Below, one piece after another: positions 17,645-28,351 of a DNA stretch of 64,000 bases. This DNA is from an uncultured bacterium (GTDB lineage Bacteria; Patescibacteriota; JACMRA01). Below the pieces are notes generated by a model that saw nothing but the letters and a program-made list of their open reading frames with translations, had not been told where the DNA came from and did no database searches. Location of the stretch: NCBI GenBank assembly GCA_963704645.1, contig OY969926.1:544001-608000 (forward strand), read 5' to 3'. Both the position numbers and the translations under genes were made by a program. Position 1 is the stretch's first letter, and every line of letters begins with the position of its first letter.

Positions 17645-20251
17645 TTAACTTCTGCTTCTTGTCCACAGTTTGTTGTCGCTTCCACGTACAAATTGGTATT
17701 GTTTGTTGTTGAAAGCTATAGATGTTGGAGCATCTTTAATGGTAATATTATTACCTTGCATCCAATCTGAAGATAGAGAATAGTAATTATCTACGTTTAC
17801 ATTTCGGTGATATAATCTTCCATCAACTCCGTACCCTGCTTCTACTAAAGCTGAAGCGAAAACACTAAAGTTTGTTGGTAGATTGCTGTCTAACGATCTA
17901 GATAAGTATGGGTATTGGCCAGTAAAATCTGTAGTAGAGTATGTATTATTTATACCTTTTGAACTAGCTGAAATTGCTAATTTTGATGCATTTACAACTG
18001 GCTTAGAAAGCTTATTATATTCGAATGAGTCGAATCTGCTCCAAGCGCCAAATACTTCGCTGTTATCGGCTGATCTTGTGTATAAACCGTTGTCAGTACC
18101 AATGGCAATTTGGTAAATTCTAGAGTTTAATACAGCTACGTGAACTTCTGTGTTAACTGTAATATTTCCAGCTTTAACCCAAGCAGGGTTTGTGTAAGAT
18201 GTTGCAGAAAAGCTGCTGAATTTGGCAACATAAGAACCGTTATCTGTTCCTGTGGCGTATAACCAATATTTTCCGTTAAAAATTTGTAAGTTTACTTTGT
18301 CTTTTAAGGTAATAGCTCCAGATCTTCTCCATCTTTCTCCTCCTACTTCACCAGATTTCCAAAAGTATAAACCATTGTCTGTTCCGTGAGCGAATACATA
18401 TAAATCTCCGTTAGGATCTACGCTTAAAGTAGGTGTACCTTTAATCGTAATAGAACCTAATCTGCTCCAGTTACCAAAGTTTCCAGTGGTGTCCATGCTT
18501 CTTAAGTATAAACCATTGTCTGTTCCCCAGCCAGCTTGATATAATTTGCTACCCACAACTAACTCTTCAGTTTTACCAGCTAAAGTAATAGAGTTGGGCG
18601 ACCAAGAGCCAAAAGGCTGCCATGAAATTACAGTTGTTACTGTAGAATAACTTCCACCATTAATACTAACCTGAACATTTTTAGATGTGGTTGTATTAAT
18701 TCCAGTTAACGGTATTGAAGGGCAAGATAACAAGTTTAAGTTAAATACATAACAACCTAGGTAACTTGAACTAGAACCACTAATTTGAATTCTCAGTTCT
18801 GTTGGCATAACAAAACTTAGTCCTTTCTGTAGAGTAAATCCACAATAATATGTGCTAGATTCTGCTAAGCCAGTTGAATTTTGAACACAATATGGGAAAT
18901 CTGAACTAATATTAGCAATACCAATTGTTGTTGGTGTGTATGGTGTTGCACAGTCTAATTTGTAAATCTCGCCATTGCCTATTCCAAAAATTATCTGGTT
19001 AGAACTATTTCTGGCTAAATTTGAAGTTCCAAATGGATTTGTATATGGAACAACATATTCTACTGTAGAATTGGAGGTTTTTAATTTTCTTAGTTCTCCA
19101 TCAACTTGAAAATATATATTGCTGTTATCAGATTCAGTAATAATTTCGTTGGTATAATAAACATTTGTTGACCCAATTGCAGTATATGTTGGAGTTGTAG
19201 AAATTGGAGCATTATCTGTATCTAAAATTCTCTTGAAAAGCAAATTACCATTGCTTCGTAGATAGTAAGAAACGTATACACCACCACCCGCTACAGAACT
19301 TGGAAGAGCAGTTATTGCAGTATATGTTGTAGGATTGACATCGCTACTATATTGATAATCAGCTTTCTTGGTTCCATTTGTATTTAAGATTAGAACACTT
19401 AAGTTGTTAATCGAAGGTGTGTAACTTACTACAGGAACGAACATTAATCCAGCTGGAGAAACTGTTAAATCATTTAAATTAAAATATCTATCAGTGCCAT
19501 AAGTGGTTATACTTGGTAAAGTGTAGGTGCTTAATAAGGTTCCTGTAGAAGATATTTTTTCAATTTTTGCAATAGTTCCTAAATTTGTTTCATAGCCAAT
19601 GTATAAATTACCAGAACTATCTATTTCTAAGCCGTTAGATTGTACAAATTTATCACCGCTTAATGTGTAAATTAGTGTATAATTACTTGTTCCTGCTGAA
19701 ACCTTAGAAATTTTATAATTACCGGCTCCAATACTGTTGTCGTAGGCAATTTGAAAAGCGTCTCCTGCAGAATTAGCAACAATGTTACCAAGAAAATAAT
19801 CTGATGAAACATTAATAGTTGTAACAGTTCCGCCCGAATTAATTCGTGAGAATTTATTAATGTTGTTTTCATTATCATATCCTGATGAATAGGTGTTGCC
19901 AACTCCGTCTGTTGCTAGACCATTTAAATATGATATAGGTGAACTTGCAAAATAGTTGGCTGAACAAGTGTAATTATTAGTTACAGCTTGTAATTTGGCT
20001 GAGCTTAATGAAGAACTAGTCCTAGTTGAATCGGATGTTAATAAACTTTGGCTAGGTTGTGTACCCCATCCATTCTTTGTAAGTTCGGCAGATAAAGTTG
20101 GTCTTCCTGAATTTTGAGAAGCTGTGTAAATGCTATTTCTAAAGCTATCTTCCGCACTTGAAGTATTAGCAAGGGTTGTTACAGTTGGAGCTAGTGTTAA
20201 AGCTAAGCCCATAACCAAAAACGAGCTAAGTAATTTGTATGTAAATGACAT
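17645..20251 (-). CDS. secreted double beta-propeller protein, paralogue 1
   Basis: Signal peptide; DxxGNxY repeats; C-terminal G(T/S)DNGLY-type repeats. Confidence 0.8.
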   Translation of the reverse strand: MSFTYKLLSSFLVMGLALTLAPTVTTLANTSSAEDSFRNSIYTASQNSGRPTLSAELTKNGWGTQPSQSLLTSDSTRTSSSLSSAKLQAVTNNYTCSANYFASSPISYLNGLATDGVGNTYSSGYDNENNINKFSRINSGGTVTTINVSSDYFLGNIVANSAGDAFQIAYDNSIGAGNYKISKVSAGTSNYTLIYTLSGDKFVQSNGLEIDSSGNLYIGYETNLGTIAKIEKISSTGTLLSTYTLPSITTYGTDRYFNLNDLTVSPAGLMFVPVVSYTPSINNLSVLILNTNGTKKADYQYSSDVNPTTYTAITALPSSVAGGGVYVSYYLRSNGNLLFKRILDTDNAPISTTPTYTAIGSTNVYYTNEIITESDNSNIYFQVDGELRKLKTSNSTVEYVVPYTNPFGTSNLARNSSNQIIFGIGNGEIYKLDCATPYTPTTIGIANISSDFPYCVQNSTGLAESSTYYCGFTLQKGLSFVMPTELRIQISGSSSSYLGCYVFNLNLLSCPSIPLTGINTTTSKNVQVSINGGSYSTVTTVISWQPFGSWSPNSITLAGKTEELVVGSKLYQAGWGTDNGLYLRSMDTTGNFGNWSRLGSITIKGTPTLSVDPNGDLYVFAHGTDNGLYFWKSGEVGGERWRRSGAITLKDKVNLQIFNGKYWLYATGTDNGSYVAKFSSFSATSYTNPAWVKAGNITVNTEVHVAVLNSRIYQIAIGTDNGLYTRSADNSEVFGAWSRFDSFEYNKLSKPVVNASKLAISASSKGINNTYSTTDFTGQYPYLSRSLDSNLPTNFSVFASALVEAGYGVDGRLYHRNVNVDNYYSLSSDWMQGNNITIKDAPTSIAFNNKQYQFVRGSDNKLWTRSRS

Positions 20252-20429
20252 AATATTTAGCTCTCATAAAATAAGTAGTTTGTCCAGTATATTTTTGCAT
20301 TATTTATTTAATGAAGTTTTCTAGTATAAACACAACATTTCACTTTGTGAATAAAAACAATAAATAGAAAAACCACCCGAAGTTGAGGGGTGGAATGTTT
20401 TTGTGTTTAGTATTAAACTTAAATTGAGA

Positions 20430-20455
20430 AGGGCGAAACGGGGATCGCCCCTACG
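20430..20455 (-). repeat. GTAG-type REP
   Basis: Minus strand reads GTAGGGGCGATCCCCGTTTCGCCCT, just after the stop of 20463..23060. Confidence 0.65.
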
Positions 20456-20462
20456 AAGTAAA

Positions 20463-23060
20463 TTAACTTCTGCTTCTTGTCCAAAGTTTGTCGTCTGTTC
20501 CGCGGGCAAATTGGTATTGTCTGTTATTGAAAGTAAATTGGGTAGGGATGTCTTTTATAGTAATTCCGTTTCCTTGCATCCACCTAAAGCTGTTCAATTT
20601 ATTAGTCTGGTCAGCGTTTCTATAGTAAAGCCTTCCATCTACTCCGTAACCAACTTCTGTAAATATTCCATTAAATAAACTAACATTTGTTGAAGATTCA
20701 GAATTTAATGAGTATTGGAAAAACCCACCGTTTATAAACTCTGTATTAACGAAGGCGTAACTAAGAATTTTGTCAGATGAAGATATAGCCAATTCAGATC
20801 CGTCTATGACTGGTTTAGAAAGTTGATCGTAAGTATAAACATCAAATCTTCCCCAACTTCCCCAAACTTCATCAATTCCCTGTGATCTAAAGTACAACCC
20901 AAAATCAGTACCAATAGCAATTTGATACAACTTAGAATTTAAAGCTGCACCTTGAACAGTTTGGTTAACAGTAATGTCTCCAGCCTTAGTCCAGTTAGGT
21001 AAAGCATAACTAGTAGCAGAGAAAGAAGTATATTTAGAAACATATAATCCATTATCTGTACCAGTAGCATATAACCAATACTTTCCATTAAAACTATGTA
21101 AGGTAACAGCATCTTTAATTGTAATACTTCCAATTCTTCTCCATCTTTCTCCTCCTACTTCACCAACTTTCCAATAGTATAATCCGTTATCTGTTCCATG
21201 AGCGAATACATATAAGTCTCCATTAGGATCTACACTTAAAGTAGGAGTTCCCTTAGCTGTAATAGAACTTAATCTTTGCCAGTTGCTAAATACATTACTA
21301 GTATCCATACTTCTTAAATATAATCCTGAATCTGTTCCAAAAGCAGCTTGATACATTTTAGAGTTATATAGTATTTCTTCTGTTTTTCCTGCTAGAGTTA
21401 TTGAGTTTGGAGACCAGGTGTTGAAGGGTTGCCAGGTGGTTATTGAATCAATAGTTAAAGGGCCAGTGTTATTTACATAAATCTGCATGTCATGACTAGA
21501 GCTGGTTGTTATACTTCCCATTTGGTTCTGAACGTTACAGTATAAATAATCGCCATTTATAGAATTAGTTAGTTCGCATGCACTTGCTGTTAAACCGGAG
21601 CCAACAATGTTTGCACTAAACTGAGTTGGCTCGTTAAATGTTAAACCTTTACTCATAAGTAAGTAGCACTCATTTCCCAATTCAGATGTACCAGAAATAT
21701 TAGTGTTATATTCACAATAAGAGTTACTTAGGTCAATATTATCAACAGTTAAGTTTGTGGAAGAATAAGTGGTGGAGCAATCTAGTTTAAATAGATCTGA
21801 GCCATTGGCTAGAGCAAAGACAACTTGGTTAGTAGAATTTACACCAGCTTCAATTCCAAAAGCTAGAGGTAACGCATCCTCCATTACTGATGTTGCAATA
21901 TTAAGTCTTTTTAAACTATATGCAGGTGAGTAAAAATACAAATATGTATTATCGTTATTTATAAATGATTGATTAATAAAGGTGGCGAAGGATATGTCTG
22001 TAGAAGAAAAATCTGGAGTTGTTGCAATTGGTAATATATCTGTATCTCTAATTCTTTTTACTTGAAGTGTTCCTTCAGAATTGGTGTAGCTAGCGTAAAC
22101 ACCACCACCAGTTATCCCGTCAGGTAATTTGGCTATAGAGTTAAAGGTGTTAGGTGTTTCAAGGCTGCTAGAGCTATACTCGAATGTGCCTTTTTGAGTT
22201 CCATCACTGTTTAAAACTAAAATAGAGTAGGGAGTGAAAGATGAAGTAATGTATGGTACAATTGGAATATAAATTAATCCAGATTCAGAGACTGTAATAT
22301 TACCAAGATTATATTCGTGAGAGAGACCAAAGCTGGTTATATTTGGTAATGTAATTGTACTTAGTAAAGTTCCTGTATTTGTTATTTTTTCAATTTTGGT
22401 TTCAACCGGATTAAAATTATTATCAAGTAAGTTATAGGAAGCATGTAAATTACCAGAACTATCTATTTTTAAACTTTCTGGAGATGTGTATTTTTCAGTA
22501 GTTAAAGTGTAAATTAAATTAAACTGTGTAGTGCCATTTGGTATTTTATATACTTTAGTATCAAGAGTGGCTGTGTCAAAAGTTAATTGGTAAACATCTC
22601 CGTTTGCAGTTCCAATTAAATCACCTGCTAGTAAATTGCTAGAAAGAGGAATTGTGCCACTTATAGCTCCGCTGGAATTGATTCTGTAAACAGGTGAATT
22701 GCTATAGCCAACTGTGTAAGTATTACCAAGACCGTCAGTAGTTAAATATCTAGTTGTAGGTGTGGATACAGTGCCAAAGTAATTAGCATTACAAGTAGCA
22801 GTAGGTACGCCTCCTTGCAATTTTGCATTTTGCAATTTACCAGTATTTCCCTGAGTTTTATCTGAATTGGAATTAACTTCTAAATTTTCTCCCCAACCAT
22901 TTTTCTTAAAACCTTCTGGTAAGTTTAGACTTGTTTGTGTAGAAGAAATTCTTGCTTTTTCAACATTAGCTGGCAAAGCCTTAGCTGAAATTGACGGTAA
23001 CGAGGTTATGGCTAAACCTGCTATTGTTACAAAAGTAATAATTTTGTTAATTGAATGCAT
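20463..23060 (-). CDS. secreted double beta-propeller protein, paralogue 2
   Basis: Same architecture and the same ..KLWTRSR C-terminus. Confidence 0.8.
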   Translation of the reverse strand: MHSINKIITFVTIAGLAITSLPSISAKALPANVEKARISSTQTSLNLPEGFKKNGWGENLEVNSNSDKTQGNTGKLQNAKLQGGVPTATCNANYFGTVSTPTTRYLTTDGLGNTYTVGYSNSPVYRINSSGAISGTIPLSSNLLAGDLIGTANGDVYQLTFDTATLDTKVYKIPNGTTQFNLIYTLTTEKYTSPESLKIDSSGNLHASYNLLDNNFNPVETKIEKITNTGTLLSTITLPNITSFGLSHEYNLGNITVSESGLIYIPIVPYITSSFTPYSILVLNSDGTQKGTFEYSSSSLETPNTFNSIAKLPDGITGGGVYASYTNSEGTLQVKRIRDTDILPIATTPDFSSTDISFATFINQSFINNDNTYLYFYSPAYSLKRLNIATSVMEDALPLAFGIEAGVNSTNQVVFALANGSDLFKLDCSTTYSSTNLTVDNIDLSNSYCEYNTNISGTSELGNECYLLMSKGLTFNEPTQFSANIVGSGLTASACELTNSINGDYLYCNVQNQMGSITTSSSHDMQIYVNNTGPLTIDSITTWQPFNTWSPNSITLAGKTEEILYNSKMYQAAFGTDSGLYLRSMDTSNVFSNWQRLSSITAKGTPTLSVDPNGDLYVFAHGTDNGLYYWKVGEVGGERWRRIGSITIKDAVTLHSFNGKYWLYATGTDNGLYVSKYTSFSATSYALPNWTKAGDITVNQTVQGAALNSKLYQIAIGTDFGLYFRSQGIDEVWGSWGRFDVYTYDQLSKPVIDGSELAISSSDKILSYAFVNTEFINGGFFQYSLNSESSTNVSLFNGIFTEVGYGVDGRLYYRNADQTNKLNSFRWMQGNGITIKDIPTQFTFNNRQYQFARGTDDKLWTRSRS

Positions 23061-24290
23061 ATTGGTTAGTAAATTACTATGCTGTACAAATTTGTTAAAT
23101 TAGGCAGGATGTCAACAAATTCATCAATCACACCATTCCTCAATAATTAGTAACAAGAATCTTATCTAAGAAATAGAAAAATCACCCAAAGCTTGTATCA
23201 TGTTTTTAGCTTTAGTTCAGACTTCTTAAATTATAATATTATCAAGATGGTGAATCTTCCAAACGGAATCGAGTCATATTAGCTACTACCAAGATTAATT
23301 TCTGCTTCTAGTCCAAAGTTTGTTGTCAGTTCCGCGGGCAAATTGGTATTGTCTGTTATTGAAAGTAAATTGGGTGGGTGTTTCTTTTACAGTTATTCCA
23401 TTTCCATTTATCCAACCTGAAGTAACATATGATAAATTATTTTCTCTTATATTTCGGTAGTATAATTTATTATCAATTCCATAACTTGCTTCAGTAAACT
23501 GACCATTAAACACGCTAATATTTGTTGCGGAATCAGAGTCTATTGAACCTTGAAAATAACTATTCGTATTCATGAAATCTGTGTTAATATAGGCATAGCT
23601 AAAGTTTTGAGCTGATATAGATATAGCCAATTTACCATTATTTACAACTGGTTTAGAAAGCTGATCATAGGTATATAAAAGATCATACCTCTTCCAAGCA
23701 CCAAACACATCACTACTATCAGCCGATCTAAAGTACAACCCAAAATCAGTACCAATAGCAATTTGATACAACTTAGAATTTAAAGCTGCACCTTGAACAG
23801 TTTGGTTAACAGTAATGTCTCCAGCCTTAGTCCAGTTAGGTAAAGCATAACTAGTAGCAGAGAAAGAAGTATATTTAGAAACATATAATCCATTATCTGT
23901 ACCAGTAGCATATAACCAATACTTTCCATTAAAACTATGTAAGGTAACAGCATCTTTAATTGTAATACTTCCAATTCTTCTCCATCTTTCTCCTCCTACT
24001 TCACCAACTTTCCAATAGTATAATCCGTTATCTGTTCCATGAGCGAATACATATAAGTCTCCATTAGGATCTACACTTAAAGTAGGAGTTCCCTTAGCTG
24101 TAATAGAACTTAATCTTTGCCAGTTACTAAATACATTACTAGTATCCATACTTCTTAAATACAACCCACTATCCGTTCCAAAAGCAGCTTGATACATTTT
24201 AGAGTTATATAGTATTTCTTCTGTTTTTCCTGCTAGAGTTATTGAGTTTGGAGACCAGGTGTTGAAGGGTTGCCAGGTGGTTATTGAATC
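20884..24290. repeat. near-identical block, 20884-21449 vs 23725-24290
   Basis: Offset 2841; about 400 bp identical, then few mismatches; the track shows an identical alternative-frame 64 aa ORF at both places. Confidence 0.88.
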
Positions 24291-25895
24291 TACTGTAAGT
24301 GGTCCTGTATTGTTTATGTAAAACTGTATATCGTGAGTAGAGCTTGTAGTTATGCTTCCCATTTGGTTTTTAATACTGCAATATAAATTACCAAAAGTTA
24401 TTCTTAGTTCACAATCTGTGGGCGCAAGGCCTGATCCAACAATGTTGGCACTAAGTTGGGTGGGAGTGCTAAATGTTAAGCCTTTGGTTAAGTATATTTC
24501 GCACATATCTCCTAATTCTGAAGTGTTAGAAAAATTTGTAGTGTAGTAGCAGAAAGACTTACTTACATCTATATTATCTACTGTTATGTTGGTAGAAGAA
24601 TATGGAGTTGAACAATCTAGTTTAAACAAATCTGAATAGCTACTTTGAGCAAAAACAATTTGGTTAGACGAATTTATTGCAACTTCAATTCCATAATTAT
24701 AAGCGGCAAGCGGCAAAACATCTTCCATTGCGGATGTTGAAAGATTAACTCTCTTTAAATTGTAGTAAGGAGAATAAAAATACAAGAAACTATTATCATG
24801 GTTGGTAAATGATTTATTTACACTAGTGTTGTAGTGCGTTCCAGAAAAAGAAAATTCTGGTGTGTTAGAAACAGGCAAAGTATCAGTATCTCTAATTCTT
24901 TTTATTAAAAGTGTGCCATCTGGAGTAGTGTAGCTAATGTATACTCCTCCTCCAGTTACTCCATCTGGTACTTTTGCTATGTCATTAAGTTGATTACGTG
25001 TATCTAAACTTGCAGAACTATATTCAAAAGTTTGGAATCCGCTGTTGGTTTTAATTAAAATATTGTAAGTAATGCCATTTTCATTTCCTGTTGAAATAAT
25101 TGGAATATATATTCTTCCACTTTCGGATACGGCAAATTTACCAATGTCATACATGTAGGGTGGGCTTTGAATTGGTAAGGCGAAACCCTCAATATATGTT
25201 CCACTGCCAGATATTTTTATTACAGAGTCTGTCATATCCGAGTAATAAATTATATGAATGTCTCCCGCACCATCAATTTGTAAACCATCAGGACTACTAT
25301 ACTCATATGATTGAAGTGTATAAATTAAATTATACTGAGTTGTACCTGCAGGTATTTTATAAATTTTAGTAATGGCTCCAGATGAAGAGATGGTATCCAA
25401 AGTTATTTGATAAACATCTCCAGTTGCATTAGCAACTATTTTGCCTGCAAGTAGGTTGCTTGGCAAAGAAATTGTGCTAGTTATAGTTCCAGTAGAATTC
25501 GTTCTAAAAACTTGGTTAGTTTGTAACGTGCTGTTGTACCCAACAGTGTAAGTATTGCCCATTCCATCTGTGGTTAAGTATGAAGTTGTTGGTGTAGGTT
25601 GTGTGCTGAAATAATTAGCATTGCAAACATAGTTGGCAGGTGTGCTAGCCGCTAATTTTGTATTTTGTAGTTTAGTATCTCCTCCTTTCGTCTTTTCTAA
25701 GCTAGAATTAGTTTTTAAATTTTCTCCCCAACCATTTTTCTTAAAAGCTTCTGGTAAGTTTCGGCTTATTTGTGTGGAAGAAGTTCGTGTTTTTTCAGTA
25801 TTGGCAGGCTGAGCTTGAGTAGAAATTAATGGTAGCGAAGTTATAACTAAACCTGCTATAGCTACAAAAGTAACAATTTTTTTTAGTGAAATCAT
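23295..25895 (-). CDS. secreted double beta-propeller protein, paralogue 3
   Basis: Same architecture as paralogues 1 and 2. Confidence 0.8.
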   Translation of the reverse strand: MISLKKIVTFVAIAGLVITSLPLISTQAQPANTEKTRTSSTQISRNLPEAFKKNGWGENLKTNSSLEKTKGGDTKLQNTKLAASTPANYVCNANYFSTQPTPTTSYLTTDGMGNTYTVGYNSTLQTNQVFRTNSTGTITSTISLPSNLLAGKIVANATGDVYQITLDTISSSGAITKIYKIPAGTTQYNLIYTLQSYEYSSPDGLQIDGAGDIHIIYYSDMTDSVIKISGSGTYIEGFALPIQSPPYMYDIGKFAVSESGRIYIPIISTGNENGITYNILIKTNSGFQTFEYSSASLDTRNQLNDIAKVPDGVTGGGVYISYTTPDGTLLIKRIRDTDTLPVSNTPEFSFSGTHYNTSVNKSFTNHDNSFLYFYSPYYNLKRVNLSTSAMEDVLPLAAYNYGIEVAINSSNQIVFAQSSYSDLFKLDCSTPYSSTNITVDNIDVSKSFCYYTTNFSNTSELGDMCEIYLTKGLTFSTPTQLSANIVGSGLAPTDCELRITFGNLYCSIKNQMGSITTSSTHDIQFYINNTGPLTVDSITTWQPFNTWSPNSITLAGKTEEILYNSKMYQAAFGTDSGLYLRSMDTSNVFSNWQRLSSITAKGTPTLSVDPNGDLYVFAHGTDNGLYYWKVGEVGGERWRRIGSITIKDAVTLHSFNGKYWLYATGTDNGLYVSKYTSFSATSYALPNWTKAGDITVNQTVQGAALNSKLYQIAIGTDFGLYFRSADSSDVFGAWKRYDLLYTYDQLSKPVVNNGKLAISISAQNFSYAYINTDFMNTNSYFQGSIDSDSATNISVFNGQFTEASYGIDNKLYYRNIRENNLSYVTSGWINGNGITVKETPTQFTFNNRQYQFARGTDNKLWTRSRN

Positions 25896-25995
25896 ATTTA
25901 TTGGTAAATTACTATATTCTACCCATTTGTTAAGTTGGTTCAGATGTCAACAAATTTTCTTGACCAGACTATCCCTGAATAATAGGTTTAATAAG

Positions 25996-27630
25996 ATGAA
26001 TATAAACTTAGAGTGGGCAACTTTTTTAATATCTGTTGTAGCAGTTGCTTTTTTTGCGGCAATACTTATTTTGGGTATAATTTGGATGTACAAAAAATCT
26101 AAAATAATTTGGCTTAACTACACCAGCCTGGCCATAATTTTTTGTTTGCCTTTTGAAAGAATTCCTAGTTTAGATATTGCTGGCTTAACTTTTCGTTTTT
26201 CTCAGTTTTTCACTTTGATTTCGGTGTTTATTTTTATAATTTTGTTTTTAAAAGGGCAACTCAAAAACTTTAAATGGAACCCTATTAATTATTGGCTTTT
26301 AGGTTTATTGTTAGTAACAATTCCAAGTATATTTTTTGTGGAAAATTGGTCTCGCTGGTTTATAACAACTTTTGCTACGCTTATAGTTTTTGCGGCAACT
26401 TTTATAATTGCGAATTTTTTGCAAAGCAGAATTGTGGCAGTTGTCGGCTTGATTCTAAGTTTAACTTTAGTTGGCCTGTTTGGCTATTTTCAATTTTTTG
26501 GAGATCTTATTGGCTTACCAACAAACATTACTTTTTTAAAAGAAACTTATACTAAAAAAGTCTTTGGCTTTCCACGGGTTCAGGGTACGGCTGCAGAACC
26601 GCTTTATTTTGCAGGAATGTTATTCTTACCAATTTATCTTTTCTTAATTTTGTATTTAAAAAACATTTCCAAACAAACCAGCCAACTTGCTTCTAAATTT
26701 AGTGAAATTAAAAGTCGTTTCAAAGACTTTAAAACTTTAAGTATTGTTGAATCTGTTTTCAAAAAATATCTTTGGTTTGGTAAAATTTATACGCTTCTAG
26801 AATTTGCAATATCTAAAATTTATTCATTATTTTTCGGTAAAATTGCTTCCAATATATTTTTATCCTTAATTATTTTCTTTTCAGTTTTATTCGCAATAAC
26901 AATTGCCAAAAGTGCTTGGTTAGCTTTATTTTTAACTTTACCAGTATTATTAATTTATACTTTTAAAATATTTAATTGGAAGAAAATATTAGCCCAAATT
27001 ATTATATTTTTGTCTATTCTTACACCAATTTTATATTTTAGTTACTTATCATTTAAGCCCGTTAAATATAGTGCAGATAAAGTAATTGAAAATTTTAGTG
27101 AAACTATTTTAGGTGTTTCTTCTACATCAACTGAGCGGGAAAGTTTTCAAAGTGTTGCTACATCTTTATTGCCTTATTCTGGTTTGGTTGGTATTGGAAA
27201 TGGGCAATACGGTATTCAATCTGAGAGGGTTTTGCGTTCTTTGAAAACAGACAGTAATCAGTTTTTTATAGTTAATAATGTTTATTTAGAAATTTGGTTA
27301 GAGCTTGGAATAGTGTTTCTAATAATTTTTATTTTAATGTGGATTTGGGTTTTGTTCAGCGGTTTCAAGACTATTAATAATTCCTTTAAACTTACCAGTA
27401 AGCCAACGCTAAATTCAAGTTTAAATAAATACAAATTAAATTTGGGCATTCAACAAATTATGCATCTGGCTATTTTATTAAGCATAATTAGTTACTTAAT
27501 TCAGTGGCAAACTTTTTCTCCAATTTACATTATGCCAATTTTTATTTTACTTGGTGTAGCTGTTAATTTCAACCAAAGCAAACCAATTTCTTCCTCTGAA
27601 AATTTAGTAATCGAAAATAAACCATTGTAG
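25996..27630 (+). CDS. O-antigen ligase/polymerase (Wzy_C) family membrane protein
   Basis: Many TMs; PRVQGTAAEPLYFA, GIGNGQYG and NNVYLEIWLELG; TTGACC-17-TAGGTT points to ATG 25996. Confidence 0.82.
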   Translation: MNINLEWATFLISVVAVAFFAAILILGIIWMYKKSKIIWLNYTSLAIIFCLPFERIPSLDIAGLTFRFSQFFTLISVFIFIILFLKGQLKNFKWNPINYWLLGLLLVTIPSIFFVENWSRWFITTFATLIVFAATFIIANFLQSRIVAVVGLILSLTLVGLFGYFQFFGDLIGLPTNITFLKETYTKKVFGFPRVQGTAAEPLYFAGMLFLPIYLFLILYLKNISKQTSQLASKFSEIKSRFKDFKTLSIVESVFKKYLWFGKIYTLLEFAISKIYSLFFGKIASNIFLSLIIFFSVLFAITIAKSAWLALFLTLPVLLIYTFKIFNWKKILAQIIIFLSILTPILYFSYLSFKPVKYSADKVIENFSETILGVSSTSTERESFQSVATSLLPYSGLVGIGNGQYGIQSERVLRSLKTDSNQFFIVNNVYLEIWLELGIVFLIIFILMWIWVLFSGFKTINNSFKLTSKPTLNSSLNKYKLNLGIQQIMHLAILLSIISYLIQWQTFSPIYIMPIFILLGVAVNFNQSKPISSSENLVIENKPL

Positions 27631-27644
27631 CCGCAAATATTTGT

Positions 27645-28307
27645 ATGAACAAAAAACAATATCTTCTTCGTAGTTATCTTGTAGCTAATCTTGTAAAATT
27701 AGGCATTGTAATATATTGGGAAAATGACGAACCAGATAACAATTTAGAAATAAATAGTTGGCTACAATTAAATTGGGGTTTGGGCAGGTTAGAGCTAGAA
27801 AATGTAGTAGACGGTCTAGGCAAATTAAAAAGTTTGTTTGCTAAACTAAGTCAGGATTTAGTAAAAATAGAAGGTGATATTGCCTTGCCCGGTGATTCCA
27901 GAAATAATTTAAATAAGTTAAAATTAGAATGGAACTATTTAGGTAATTCTGTTGATAGGGAAAATTATTTGTTGGAACTTACCAATTTCTTTTGGCAAAG
28001 TCAGAACGAAGAGCTTGTTCTTGGTCATAGTCAGTTTGTAAATTGGATGGAAGAACCTTGGCAAATTATTAATTTTGCAGAAGAGCTTGGTTTAAATTTA
28101 CCTTTGGCAGCTAATCAATTTAGCCAAAATAGTTTAAACTTATTTGATAACCTAGAAAAAAACTTAGACGGATGTACTTTTCAGCCATATTTAATTGTGT
28201 CAGCTCAGTCTAGTTTTCAGTTCAAAATTTCTTTAGAAAACAAGTCGGTTTTGTCTGGTGTAATTATTCCAGCTGGTGATATTGCTTATCTAGAACTTTA
28301 TTTATAA
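27645..28307 (+). CDS. hypothetical protein
   Basis: 220 aa ORF tightly packed between neighbouring genes. Confidence 0.65.
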   Translation: MNKKQYLLRSYLVANLVKLGIVIYWENDEPDNNLEINSWLQLNWGLGRLELENVVDGLGKLKSLFAKLSQDLVKIEGDIALPGDSRNNLNKLKLEWNYLGNSVDRENYLLELTNFFWQSQNEELVLGHSQFVNWMEEPWQIINFAEELGLNLPLAANQFSQNSLNLFDNLEKNLDGCTFQPYLIVSAQSSFQFKISLENKSVLSGVIIPAGDIAYLELYL

Positions 28308-28316
28308 ATAATTAGT

Positions 28317-28345
28317 TTGACTTTAGAACACAATAAACCTATATT
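28317..28345 (+). promoter_or_regulatory. sigma70 promoter for a leaderless rnc transcript
   Basis: TTGACT(28317)-17 bp-TATATT(28340); ATG begins 7 nt after the -10. Confidence 0.6.
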
Positions 28346-28351
28346 TAATTT

